DNA of 64,000 nt, from NCBI GenBank assembly GCA_965644315.1, contig CBFFRQ010000090.1:62001-126000 (forward strand), read 5' to 3'. Of the stretch, positions 18,935 to 31,500 are shown in pieces; position 1 is the stretch's first letter; each line of letters opens with the position of its first letter. The DNA is from Caecitellus pseudoparvulus (Eukaryota > Protista > Bigyra: Bicosoecida). Both the position numbers and the translations under genes were made by a program. Under the pieces are notes generated by a model. It was not told the DNA's origin, ran no database searches, and was given only the letters and a program-made list of their open reading frames with translations.

Positions 18935-20765
18935 ATGGCGCAGCCGGTCGAGACAGCTGCAGAGAGTGCCTTCGAGAGGTCTGATGCTCAGGAACTTGCC
19001 CAAGCTGTGGAGACGTTCCAGAACCTCCGAGCAGCCAACAAGCGAAGGTGTGTCGGCCGCCGTGTCTGGGATGACCTGCAGCTGAGGCAACAGCCCCCTC
19101 TCCCTTTTGCGCGCTCGCAGGGCGGAGCGATTCGGATCCAAGTACGTCGAGCCGGACATCGCGTCTTGTGGGTTTTCATCAGTGCTCTCGAGGCGTGTCC
19201 TGGCGCACCTGCGCTCCATCGGTGAGCTGCCAGCTGCCGGCGGCAAGCGCCGTGAGGGCAAGAAGCGCCAAAGTCTCGAAGATAATGACCTGGGCGACTT
19301 TGTGAGGGGCATCGACACTGCTTCGGAGACTGAAGCAGCCCGACGAGCAGCCAGGGCCGCTAAGTTTGGCATCAAGCCGCTCGCACTGGGCTCCACTGAG
19401 GGTTCTGATCTCAAAGCCCAGACTGAAGCCGACCCTGCAAGCCGCTTGCTGCCGCCGACTCACCTGGATGCCATGCAGGGCGGAGGCGGAGCTGCGTTGC
19501 TGGGCCCAGAGGCAGTGGCCCAGCTGCAGTCTCGCAGGGCCCGTGCCTCCCGGTTCGGCACGGTGGCAAAGGAGGACATGGTGGTGGCGCAGGCGGCATT
19601 CAGAGTGTTGGGATGCACCCTCCTCCTGGGCGGCTGTGCAGTGCCTGAGGGAAGCAGGGTGCCGCAGCCGGCTGACGAAGAGGGTGATGCAGCTGGTGCT
19701 GTTGTCGGCAGCGGCCCGACGGCTCCCGCGGCCGCGAGCGAGGCGGACACGGACGGTCAACTTGCAACGGAGCCCTCCACGGAGGGGACGGAGCTGCCGA
19801 CGCCCCAAGGCAGCCCTGAAGCACCGCCTGTTCCCACAGTCATCCCTGAGTCGGGATCTGCCCCCTCACCTGCAGCGCAAGCAAGCCTAGATGTGGCACA
19901 ACAGCCAGCTGTGTCCCGCCTGCCCAAACCAGAACCGGGTGAGGAGTCCGGAAGAGGAGGCACCTTTGCAGTGCGCCCCGAGGCCGTTCACTTGCGTGGG
20001 CCTGGGTACCTCCCCCTGTCCACGCGTGACCTTATGTCACACTTCAGAGCCTTCCGGCCAAGCTGGGTGGAGTGGCTGAACGGGGTGGCGGCGAATGTGC
20101 TGTTTCACAGCCGAGACGACGCCGCACGTGCCATGGCACAGCTGACGTCGCCCATTCCCAAGTGCTCCGGGATCCCCTCCACCCACCCCGCGTGGCGTGT
20201 GTCCACCGCACCCCTCACCAAGAGCAAGACTGACAAGTGGGGCCCTGCTGGGGACACGGTGACGGTGTATGCTCGCTATGCCACCGACCAGGACACACGT
20301 GACCGTGCCAAGCGCACGGCAGGTGCACGCACATACGGCACCTGGGGCAGTAAGGCGGCGCAGCGCGTGGCACTGAGCAGCAGCGCCATCAGCTTCGCCC
20401 AGGCCATGGCTGGGGATGAGGCCCCCCTTGAGCCCGGCGCAGACGTGACCATCACTCTGTCCAGGAAAGGGCGCAAGGTCGGGCCCCGGGGCAGGGGCGC
20501 CTCTCGAGCGCGGCGCAACCCCGCCAAGGCGGCAGCGGTGGTCCTGCAGCGCCAGCTGCACGCTGCCTTGCCCTCCAAGCGGCGCGTCGGGGGCTCAAAG
20601 CGCCAGCGAACGCAAGAGGAGGCCCATGGCGCCAGCTCGGGAGAGAAGGCAGCTAAGACTTCCCGTGCCGCTGCCCCTACCTCAGGCGGTGCTGGAAGTG
20701 ACTCGGCGACAGCTGCAACGGAGCCAGCCAGTGCCGCATCTGGCTCAGCTGTCGTGCAGGGGTAA
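18935..20765 (+). CDS. NCBP3: Nuclear cap-binding protein subunit 3-like RRM protein (2 exons)
   Basis: Intron 19048-19120. Repeated RA(E/A/S)(R/K)FG motifs and the core VRPEAVHLRG...LSTRDLMSHF...PSWVEWLNGVAANVLF...ARAM, typical of the NCBP3 domain. Basic C-terminus. Confidence 0.8.
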
Positions 20766-20991
20766 TGCGGGCGCAGCTGCAACTGCACGTGATAGTTCAA
20801 TTCAAATACAACACATTTCAGGCGTGCAGATGCATTCCTCTCGGCCTACTCATGCCTTTGTCCACCAAGCACCTCAACAGGCTCTACTCTCCAGCAGGCA
20901 GCGTTTCGCGGGGGAGTTTCACCCTGGTGCACGCCTTGCAAGACTCGCGACGCCCGCCCCCCTCACTAAGCCCAAGAGGAAGCCACTCGTC

Positions 20992-23900
20992 ATGGCACAG
21001 TCGTGTATTGTCTGGCTTTCGTCTGGGCGCCATCTCTTCCACTCTGGCCATGTCTGTGCGGCAGCACCGGAAGGCGCCTCCTGCCTCGTGCTCACCTGCC
21101 GCGACGTGCCAGTCACCGTGGAAGGCATGCTGCACGGCCGCCTGCATGCAAGCAGCCAAGCCCCTGAAAGCGGTAGCACTGACGCCTCGCGTCCATGCAG
21201 CATCAGCTGTGTTCGGGCCGCGTGGACCACCACCACGGGCCTGGACGTTGCCCGGGCCACGAGCAAGCCACAGCTGCGGGATGTGGCGGAGGCGCCTTCC
21301 GCGCAAGCCGCCACAGTGGCCCACATCACGCAAGCGTTGAAGGTGTGTTGTAATGACGTCTTTTAAGCAACCATGTGCCCTGTTTCTCCCTGGAAACACT
21401 GCTGACGATGTCCTGTCGCCCGTCTGGGCTCTGCGGTTGGTCGCAGGCGACCCACCCGTCCTTCGCAGCATCCGCACGACCCTGCCGCCTTCTCTTTTGC
21501 AGGCTGCGGCGACGAGCATCGGCGCAGGCGTCATTCTTACCCCCCATGCTCCCAGTGGCGTGCACCGCTGCTTGCTGGCTGAAGTCAAGGTGGCGCTGGA
21601 AGCGGTTGGGCTGGACCTGCAGCCGCTGCGCGTGCTGGGACTGGACCAATTGGCCGACCCCACCAGCCCACCCCCTGCTGCATCTTGCGCCTCCTTTGCC
21701 GCATTTTCAGCGAGTTTAGATGTTGTGATCCCTGCCCCCTGCCCCCGCCTGCAAGGTGTGAGCCCCTCCAGCGCTGCGCCAGCGGCAGCGTCTGCGCTGA
21801 TTTCCGCAGCCTCGAAGCCTGAGTTGCCGGAACCCACGGCAGGCACACCAGCAGGCCAGTACGTCGCCATGGAGGGCGTGCCGCTACCTCTCACGTGGTG
21901 GCCCTTGTGGGCCATGCACCCCCACCTCCTCCACCTCGCACTGCCGTCACTCACTGTCGAAGACTGCGAAAAGCCACAGGCTGGCTTGCTGTGGTGGCAC
22001 GGTCACGGCCTACTGCACCACGGGCTGGCCCGGTGCCTGGAGGCTGGTGCCGTGACACCGTCCACGCTGTGGCACGGCGTGTCGTCCCTCCTCGTCACCT
22101 GTGAGGCGTTGCAATCGGCAGTGGGCACAGGGGGTGCTTCGCCCACTGCCGCAGACGAACAGCAACTGACGGGTGACTCCGCAACTGCTGCAGCCGGGGT
22201 CGCGAGCGCCATGCTGCAGCCACTGTTGGGTTGTGTTGCGCTGGGCAGTGTGGAGGAGAGCTCGCCGGCTGCAGTACGGGAGGCACTAGAGGCTGCCGGA
22301 GTGCCGGGCGACGCTGCCGGGCTGTGGGGCAGCTTGTCTCGCCTGGGCACGTCAGCGGGCACCGCTGCCACGCCCCCTGCCTTCATTGCAAACCCACCAC
22401 AAGCACCCTCAGAGGCTGCACCTACTAGTGGTGGTGGTGCAAGTGCTTCCATTGTGGAGGCGGTTGGAAGCGCCGTCCAAGGTGCCATGACGGATGCGGC
22501 ATCGGACCTGACTGCCGCCGCCAAGGCAGCCCTGTACACCGCTGCCACAGCTCAGCGGCAGTGGTGCAGGGCCATGCTGCAAGACCTCACCATGCTCGAG
22601 TGGGCGGGGCATGCCCAGGAGCACTTTCCCCACGTGTGGGAGGGGCCCCTGCGGCCGGAGCTGGCGGGCCTTCCCTGGGCGCCGGGCTTCAGAGGGGGGG
22701 CAGGGGCCGTGGCAGAGGCGGTGCAGCGTGCCGCCACTGCACACACCTGCACCAGTGCCGCGTCACCTGCAGAGGCAGTGCAGGTCGCCCTGGCTCTGGG
22801 CCGCACGGGGTTCCCACTCGCAGATGCCATGACCCGGGCACTGGCCACGGGAGCCGCCCTGCCCCCCGCTGCCGCGCCCCAGGGACTGAACGCAGAGCTG
22901 CCGGGTGCGCCCCCAACCACAAGCATGCCAGAGACCCTGCGAGCGGTGCAGGAGGGGCTGCAGGCTCACCCCCTGGCTCTGCCGCCGCCACTTGTTTCCC
23001 TCTCACACCACGTCAGCGTGCGGTGCCTGACTGGCTTCCTGGCTCAGTACGCCCGGCTTCCATGGGGCATGGCCCTCGCCTCCCTCGCTGCCCTGTCTCC
23101 CGAGCTGGGCTGGCTGCTGTGCGCGCCCTCGAGTGGGCCGGGGCTGCTCCTAGCTGTGCAGTGGGCGGTGGGGTTCGTGCCTGACCCCACCAGCCCCGCA
23201 CCACACCCACATGCCGCCATTGTGCCCAGCTCCACCTTTGCAGCTGCCTCACTGGATGCCAGCGGCGCCTTCACGGCAGCCTGGTTGCCACAGGTGTCCG
23301 CTCTTTTCCCGGACGCGGGCGCGGCCACGCCCCCTGGGGTCGTGCCTGCACTGCTCCGCCCGTGGCAGATCCCCGCCGCCGCAACGCAGCTGGCAGCCTC
23401 CCCCTTCGGACAGGCCTTCGGCGCAGGGCAGGCATCGCGCGGAGGGTCAGCCCCCGCCAGTGGGAAGGGCTCAGGTGGCTGGGGCTGGTTTGGCAAGAAG
23501 AGCGGGAGCGCAGAAGCGACGACTGCCGCACCCCCACCCACCTTTCCCCTCGCCCTGCCCACCCCACCGTTCGAAACGTACTGCCTGCCCATGCTAGATG
23601 TTGCACAAGCCCGCAAGGCGCTGATCAAGGCTGTGGGTGGTGTCAGTGACGCTGCTCGGGGTGGGCTCGTGAAGGCGGCGGCTGCCCTCGGCAGGGACAC
23701 CTCCCCCTCCGCGCACGCCCTGGACATTCCCTTGCCTGCCCCAGGCCCCTTGCCTCGCCAAGCCGCCCATGGAGTCCCCGTCGCGCCAGGCCCCGCGCCC
23801 CTGGCAGTGACAGGGCAGAACACAGGCGAGGCGCCGTTCCAACAGGCCATGCAGGAGGGACAGCACCCCGAGCCAGAGGACGGGGACGCCCTGCCGCCTG

Positions 23901-25036
23901 CCTGGCTAGGCACCGCCAGCTCCGTGGGGGGGCAGCCCGTCGCCTCTGCTGCCGTCGCACAGAGCATGCGGGCATCCCTTGCGCTGTGGGGTGGGCAGGG
24001 CGGCTCGTGGGACGTGCCCCCAGCGGGGCTGGGTCGCTGGGCTGGGCCCAGCATGGCGGTGCCCACGCAGCACGCTGCAGCGGCAGGTGGGTCCACGCAC
24101 TCGCCCACTCCTGCACAGGCTCTTGCGCAACTGGAAGCCTCCAAGGCCAAAGCCAAGGCCGCCTGGTTCGGTGGGACCGACGAGGCGGCGGCGGCCGGGG
24201 AAGGGGAGCCCTTTCACGTCGTGTCCCAGCAGGCAGTGGCCGCGTGCTTTCCCTCCCCCGCCGCCGCCACCTCTGCCCACGCCATGCTGCAGAACAGAGG
24301 CTACCTCCCGCTCGTCGGCTGCGACGTGGCGTGGGGCCGCGTGGAGGGGAACCTTCTCCTTACGGAGGAAGATGCGTGGGTGTTGCTGGGCATGGACGTG
24401 GAAGACCCGACAACTGTGGGCATGTCCCAAGTCCTCGCCAATGCGGACCTGCAACTCAAAGTGTACATGGCAGAGGTTGGCAGCACGGGGCTGAAGATGG
24501 TGCTGGGGCGCAGCACCATCCCCGACCTGGCAGCGGAAGACGCGGTGGCCGCCATCGCGCGCCTGAGCCAGTACAAGCGGTGGGACCTGACGTGGATGCA
24601 CGTGCGCCGCCTGTGCCGCCTGGACGCCTTCAACGAAGCGCTGTACTTCCTCGCTGACACGCCGCCGCCGCCCATGAACGCCATCGTGGCCCAGCGTGAC
24701 TTTGTCATGCTGCGCCACGTCCTGACTGACCCCATTGCTGGCGCACACTGCATCGCTTTTCGCAACGGCGCACACGCCGCCGTGCCAGAGGTCAAGCCCA
24801 ACATCAGAGGCTTCACGCTGGGCGTTGTGGGGTTCATCGTCAAGGACCTGGGGCCAGGCAAGGGCTGCTCAGTCACTTTCACCACCGGTGCCAACATGAA
24901 GGGCAGCATCCCGGCCATGCTCGTGAACTTTGTGGCCAAGCGCACGCCCGTGATGTGGATCACCCGGCTCAAGGAAGCGGTGCAGAGGTTCAAGGCCGAG
25001 CAGGGTGAGGCGGCTGCTGCAGCCGGCAGCGGCTAG
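20992..25036 (+). CDS. Large protein with C-terminal START (lipid-binding) domain
   Basis: C-terminal ~210 aa: YKRWDLTW, PPMNAIVAQRDFVMLR, PEVKPNIRG, CSVTFTTGANMKGSIPAMLVN, i.e. START fold hallmarks. Probable first exon from ATG 20992, with intron 21343-21502 (phase 0, pyrimidine-rich acceptor). 5' structure uncertain. Confidence 0.75.
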
Positions 25037-25267
25037 CCTCCAGAGCAAATCTGGGGCCCATTGACATGCTCATCCCGGCACACATCCGATTCCCAATCAA
25101 TTCATTCTTCGTGATCATTACTCGCGCTGGCGTCACGGGCAAGCCAGTGGGTGGACAGCTGTGCAACAGCAAGCAGACACGGAAGTCCCTGTCCACACTG
25201 CTGCCAAGCACACGGCCCAGAGCGTTTGATCACCCGCGCATCATGGCTGGCGCTGCTGTGCCGGCGA

Positions 25268-27383
25268 ATGGGCTGGTTGAGATTGTTCCTATCCCCGTCT
25301 CCAAGCTGCCCGCTGTCTACGACCCCGTACCTGACGCTGCCGCAAGCACTGTGCTCAGAGTTGGCGGTTGGAGGTTGCACCACGTGCATGGAGCGGCTGC
25401 AGCGCTGGGCAGGTACATGTTTGGAAATGCGCCCAGTGATGAGTCAGAATGCTTGTCTTTACAGCCTTTGCGTTGCGGTGCGTTCAGCGCTGCGAGCAAG
25501 TGTGTGCGGTGGCCAGGCGTTGCACGCGACGCCCAGCGCTGCTTGCAGGCGACATCCTCGTGGCAACGCAATGTAAGGAGCTGTGGTCGTGGACCATGGA
25601 CGCAGGAGATGCGGTCCTGTCACATCTCAAGTCTTGCGCTGGCCTGGAGGTGACACTGTTCGTCGCAAGGTGGGACCTGCGAGCACTGGCCCTGCACGGG
25701 CACTCTGCGCTGTCACACCTGGCCCCTGGCGCCCCGTGGGCGCTGCAATCGCCCAAGGCACTGGCCGACAAGCCGCTCCTAGTCCCCAATGATGACGATG
25801 AGGGCGCAACTGTCTCTCTGATCGGCTTCAGTGCCCCGCCTGCCTTCATCCCCCTCTGCCGCTTGGGTGGCGCCGACCAGCCAGACTTCGGCAAGGGCTT
25901 CGTTGTGGTGCACAGTGGCGTGAATGGCCAGACCAGTGCTGCAGCTGGCTCTGAAGATGAGGGTGTGGTCATGAATCGCGTCCTGGCGGCTCAGTCGCTG
26001 CTGGGAAACTGGCGGTACAAGACCCACGTGCGCAGGAAGAGCATTTCGTGCATCCGACTTGCATACGCGGCCAAAGTCTTGGCTGCCGCAGCGCAAGCCT
26101 TGACCAAGTCTGCAGATAGCACCATTTGCACTGCAGTGGAGAGGCGCCTGCCTCGCCTGGTCAGGGCCAACGTGTCGGTGCACTTTGGGACCCGGGTGCC
26201 AGCCAACGCACGTGTGCGCTTGACAGCTCGCATGTGTGCCTTTTGGATGGGGGCCTTGTCAGTTGGAGGCGCCTTGCTCCGACGAGAGCCGCCTTCTGCG
26301 CAGCCCAAAGTGCCTGAACTGCTTGTGGAACTCGGGACTGTTGCGCTTGCGTCACTGCAACCCGTCGCGGCTTGCATACGTGTTGGCCCGGGAGGGGGCG
26401 GCGATGGGACCATGCGGCCTCTAGTGCCAGTGGCGACGCTTGTGCAGCAGTCCCGTGCCCTGGGCATCCCGTGGATTGTGTCGGCCACCGCTCTGAAGGA
26501 GGGGCAGCCGCCCGCAGAAGATGGGGAGCCGGCGTCAGTCGTCACTGTCCACTCGAAGCAACATGGGGCTCAGGTGACCATCCCGGTGCCTGCCCTGCAG
26601 GCACTGGTGGAGGAAGAAGTGAAGGACCTGGAGACCTTCCGACTTGACATGGAGGGCATGCAGGAAGTGCACCGCAGCGCGGAGGGCGACCAGAACCCCA
26701 TGCAGGCTCTGCGGGTACGCCAGGATAGGCTGCACACAGAGATGCTGCCTGCCCTGCGGGAGCGCCTGCAGCCCATGGCAGACTTGGAGCGAGCGGAAGC
26801 GACCCTGCTGCAGGCAACGCAGGCATACTCGCACTTTCTGCGGAATTACTCAGACTTGCGCAGGGGCGTGGACCGAAGTGTCATTTTGGGTGAGGGCGGG
26901 GCTCTGCCTCCTGCCGCTGGAGCGGGTGCGCCAGCCCCACAAGAGCCAGGCCAAGCCGGAGCAGAGGACCCCGGCAGCTTTCATGCGCTAGCACAGGCGT
27001 CCCCACCGCGCTCGACGTGGAGCACAATCCTCTCGTTTGTCGCTGGGCCGGAGCGCACGCCTGAGCCCGTGTCCTCGGCGGATGGCGCCCCGAGTGCCCA
27101 GGCAGCGGCAGCGCCTGTGGTCCCGAGCGCAATCGGTGAGCTCTACATGGGAGATCTCATGTACAGGGAGAAGTTAGAAAGGGTCCAAGTCGATGCTGAA
27201 GCGGCAAACCAGCGGATGAACGCCCTGTACGACAAGGCTCGGGAGGACTCTGCGGGTTGGCTGTGCTCCTCCCACCCCACCTGCATGGACCGCCTGCCCA
27301 TTTTGCACGCTATTTTTGTTGTGAGCGTCCTTTTCACGTTGGCCTTTGCTGGCATCCTCGTCTCTCGGGTGTCTCGCACTTGA
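25268..27383 (+). CDS. Hypothetical protein with coiled coil and C-terminal transmembrane anchor
   Basis: ORF 25449..27383 (644 aa) ends in ILHAIFVVSVLFTLAFAGILV-SRVSRT*. Possible first exon from ATG 25268, with intron 25413-25464. Start uncertain. Confidence 0.6.
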
Positions 27384-27439
27384 GCGACAAGTTCGCCGCA
27401 AACGCGTGGAGGGTTGCATTGCTCTGGTTGCACAGGCTC

Positions 27440-28452
27440 CTACAAAACAATGGTAACAACAGCGAGGACAACGTTAAGAAGAAGCAGTCCTAAGATGGCG
27501 CTCAACCATGGTGTGTGGTTCTCCTCGGGGGCTGAAATGCTCACCGGCAAGCCGTTGTGGTCCACGGTCACCACCAGTCCAGGTACGCCCTCTTGACGGA
27601 CGAGGTCAGGCACCTTGAGAGAGGCGTCTGGCTCAGGACGAGGGGGGGGCGCCGCCGCCTCTGCATCTGGCGCAGCCGCCCCTGTTTGAGGCGCAGTCGC
27701 TCCTGGTGTCGCTTCCCCAGCACCCGCACGCATGGCATCCAGACCCCTTTCGACAGCGCTGCCGACGACTGCACCGGCAATGCCGGTCTGGGCTACCACC
27801 GCCCTAGCAGAGTCCAAGCCGCGCCGTTGTGCCTCCAATTCACTGCCCATGATCTGCTGCATGGCGCACTTGACTGGCTGGCCAGACAGAAACACTCTCG
27901 GCGACAGCAGGCAGCCCAGGTGCAGCGCAGCGTCCTTGTTTAGGGCCACCAGCTGCTTCGTGTTCTGCTTCACCATGCGCTGCTGCTCTTTGAAGGAAAA
28001 AGAAGCTTGCTTTCTCACTTCCTCAAAAGCCTGCGGGCGGGGTGAAAAGCTCGCGCTGCAACTTGCCCCCTCGGCTTGGGCCAACGAGCTGCTCAACTCA
28101 CCCCCTTGATTCGCACAGCCTCTTGCTTGCCGCTGGCGAGCAGTGCTTCGAAGCGGTGCTGCATGCTGCTCATGTAGTCGGCATGGTATGCAGCTGCGAG
28201 TTGCTGCGCCGGGGTGGAGGGGAGGGACAAGTGCGAAGTGGCCCAGCCAAGTGCTGGTCGCTGCAACCGCACCCGGAGAAGCTGCAACAGTTCCTCATGC
28301 TGCGACACCGCCCGGCTCACGACACTGGTATCAGACAGTGCTCGATCCCACTCTTTGGCTGCTGTCGTGCTCAACTCTCGCAGGGAGTGGCCTGTCTCGA
28401 GGAGGGTCGCCAGCGCATCGGCCTTATCCGGGTCTGCGCGCTGGCCCTCCAT
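27440..28452 (-). CDS. Hypothetical tail-anchored helical protein (2 exons)
   Basis: Intron 28031-28101 (gtgagt...cag) joins ORFs 28093..28452 and 27440..28096 in frame. Ends WLSAILGLLLLNVVLAVVTIVL*. Confidence 0.65.
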
Positions 28453-28592
28453 GCCGGCGGCGCAAGCCCTGCCAGCACCAAACCGCGATAAAAGAGGGAC
28501 AAATCAGGCGCTGAAGTGATAAGCGCTGCATAACAAGCTGTTAGCGTGTGCGTCGGGACAAGAAAATGAATTCCCAACGGGCCTGCACCAGG

Positions 28593-31500
28593 TCAGCGCT
28601 GGCGCTTGCGTCGCCTGGAACGCCGCCCACTGCTCGAGGCCCCCGATGCCATGCTGCGTTTGGCTGCCAGAGCCAGCGTGTTGCTGCCCACGGCCCGTGA
28701 CCTCGCAGCCGGGCCGCGGGGGGAAATCGAGGCGGCCAGGTCGAGCTGCAGCAGGGCAGCATCTGCGAACTCGGACCGACTGTGAGACTGGCCCAACTGT
28801 GCCACTGCCGCCGAGCCACGCCCTTGCGCTGAAAAGGCTTGCTTGTGGCTCCGCAGGGGAGGAGCCCGAGCAGCCTCTTCACGGGACGCCTTCCTGCTCG
28901 TGGCCGGCACGGGAAAAGGCATGTGCGCCGCCGCCTGTCGCAGAGACCTTGCGGAGTGGCTGCCTTCCAGGCGTCCTCGGGCTGAGACAGCTGGCGCAGC
29001 GCGCGTGGCCTGCCCTGGAGGCGTGGTCGGAGCAGGGGCATGCTGCGGCCCCGCCTTGCCGGCACGGATGTGCAGGTGTTCTGTAGAAGCCGTCGGGCTG
29101 GCTTGCGCCAAGGCGCTGCGAGGCAGGGCCACCAGGGGGTCTAGCCCGCCATGCACCTCGGCTGCGTCGCCTCGCACCCCCGCCCCCGCTGGCTGTGTGG
29201 CAGCAGAAGGGCCCAGTAACTGGCTGCCACTGATGGCATCCCGCCGCACGGACACGACGGCGGACGAGCCATCCGCGCTGAACACCACGGCAGGGCTGTC
29301 ATGGTAGGAGCGGGTGTCAGCCGAGCCGCGGGGTGATGCCGTGGTGTCCGCAGCCATCATGGTTTGCAGCGTGCCGTGCGACATCATGGAGAATGCTACG
29401 GATGGACCCCTGGCGCCGGGTGTTCGAGTCTGGCGCACGACGTCACGCAGGGACGAGTTGGGGGCAGCCTTGCTCTCCTGGCGTGGGGAGGCGCCTGCAA
29501 ACGGCACGGTGGCCACGAGAGCCAGGTCGAGGTGTGGCCCACCTTGTGGCTGGATGGTCTGGCTGCTGCGAGACGGGCTGATGAGGGGGGTCGGCCGGGG
29601 GGAGGCAGGGGACGGCGGCGGCAGACCAGCCCCTTTCCGAGGCCCGTGCGTGGCAGATGGCTCACGGCCCCCGCCGCCAAGTGCAGAGCCTACCCTCGCA
29701 GGAGAGGCAGGTGGGACCACATGCCGTCGCTGAGACAGTGTCGCGTTGGTCGCGGGGGGAGGGCCCTGGGCTGTGAGGGAGAAGCCTTCTGCGAAGGCTG
29801 GCTCCAGCACCGTCTGAAAGTCGTAGGCCTTGGGCGGCAGGGGCGAGCCGCCCCCCGCAGGCACGCCATGCCAGCGGGACGGGACTGAACCCAGGGGGCC
29901 AGGCACGAGCGAGGAGTCACTAGGCACGCCATGCAGCTCCCCTCCTGCGTCCACTTTATGTGTGCGGGGGCTGGCGCCAGTCTGTGGGACAGGCCGCAGT
30001 CCCGGCGTCTCTGACCCTGTGCTCTGGCGAAGTCCTGTCCCCGGCGTGCCTGGGCTGGTGAGCGGGGGACGTGGCTTGCGGGAGGCTGGGCTCACCAGTT
30101 CGGTGGCCGTTCGACGGGTCCGCGATGCTGGGCCGGGGCTGGGCGCAATGATAAGTGACTGCAGCGTCTCCCCGGGCGCATGTGGTACACGGTGCTGTGT
30201 CTGCAGCTGCAGCTCCTCTGCCGAGCTGCCAGCCCAAGGCCCGGGGCCGGGGCGCTGCACTTCACCCAAGGAGTCTGGGCTGTCTGGGCGCACCAGGAGC
30301 TCCCTGCGGGGGGACGTGTGAGTCGGGGACTGGGTTGACACAGCCTCTGCCCCACCAATGCGGGCTGAGAAGCCAAGGATGCCCTCTGGGGCCGACGCGC
30401 TGCCCTCGCTGGCTGTGGGGCTGGCGGGTGAGCGTGAGCTGCCTCGCAGCACCGCTTGACGGGTTGGGGCAGGGCTCCGGGCCCCTGGAACAGCTAGGCT
30501 GTGGGTAGCAGCCACACGCTGCGCTACGGTGGGCTCGTCTGATGCGAACGCTCCTTGAGCTGGGGCGGCAGCAGCACCCTTCAAGTTAGCCTCGGGCAGG
30601 TGTGCAGCTGATGCTGAGTGGCGCCCAGACGCCTGGTCGTCTGGCATGGGCAGGCTGCCAGTGCTGCTCGAGTTTCCCGAGGGCCCGGATGGGGCCATGG
30701 GCGTGTCCAGCGGCAAGTCGCCCAACTCCAGCCCCTCCTCCCCAGCCCCGCGCACCACCTTCACAGGGCTCTCCACGCCTTCCGAGGTGTCCCTGGATGC
30801 AGTGGACATCAGGTTCGTAGGTGACTGCCTGCCTCTTACCTGGCGCTCAACAGTCGTCTGCACGGGGGGAGGCAGGTGCCCATGCAGCTGCTGGCTCAGG
30901 CGCTCTGGCTGCTGGGTGGGTGGCGTTGCGGGGCGGTCGTCAGAAGCGTCACTGGACTGTGGCCTCACGGTCGAGGAAGGCCACCGGCCCACATCTGTGC
31001 CAGAGGCCAGCGACGCCGTCTCCACTCCAGACAGACCAGCAGCAGACTCCACCCGCGTCACGCCAGCGAGAGGCAGCAGGTCAGTGGACGCCGTGCTGCC
31101 CCCACGCTCGTCCGATTTTGACCCCTGCGTTGACTGCCCGCCCTGCAGGTCACGGCTGTGAGCAAAGGAGTGCACACCTACACCGTCAGCACTGGTCAGG
31201 GTGGAGGAGCGTGTGTCAGAAGCCTTGGACTCCTGGGGCGGCGACGCATCCAGCGTGGCCGCCGCACCTCCAGGCCTGCGCATGGCAATGCCTTGGAACG
31301 CACCGCCCACGGCAAAAGCCTCAGGGCTGCCAGCGGTGTCTGGGGTGCGCTTGGGGCTGAAGAGACGCATGGCGGCCGAGACCTTGGTGGCCATGCGGCT
31401 GACGTGGCGGGTAGCACGGGCGTGCTTGCGGCGGCGCACGCGCATGCGCTCCACCGAGTGCTCCACCACGACACCCGCCGCCTCACCAGAGCCAGTTGCA

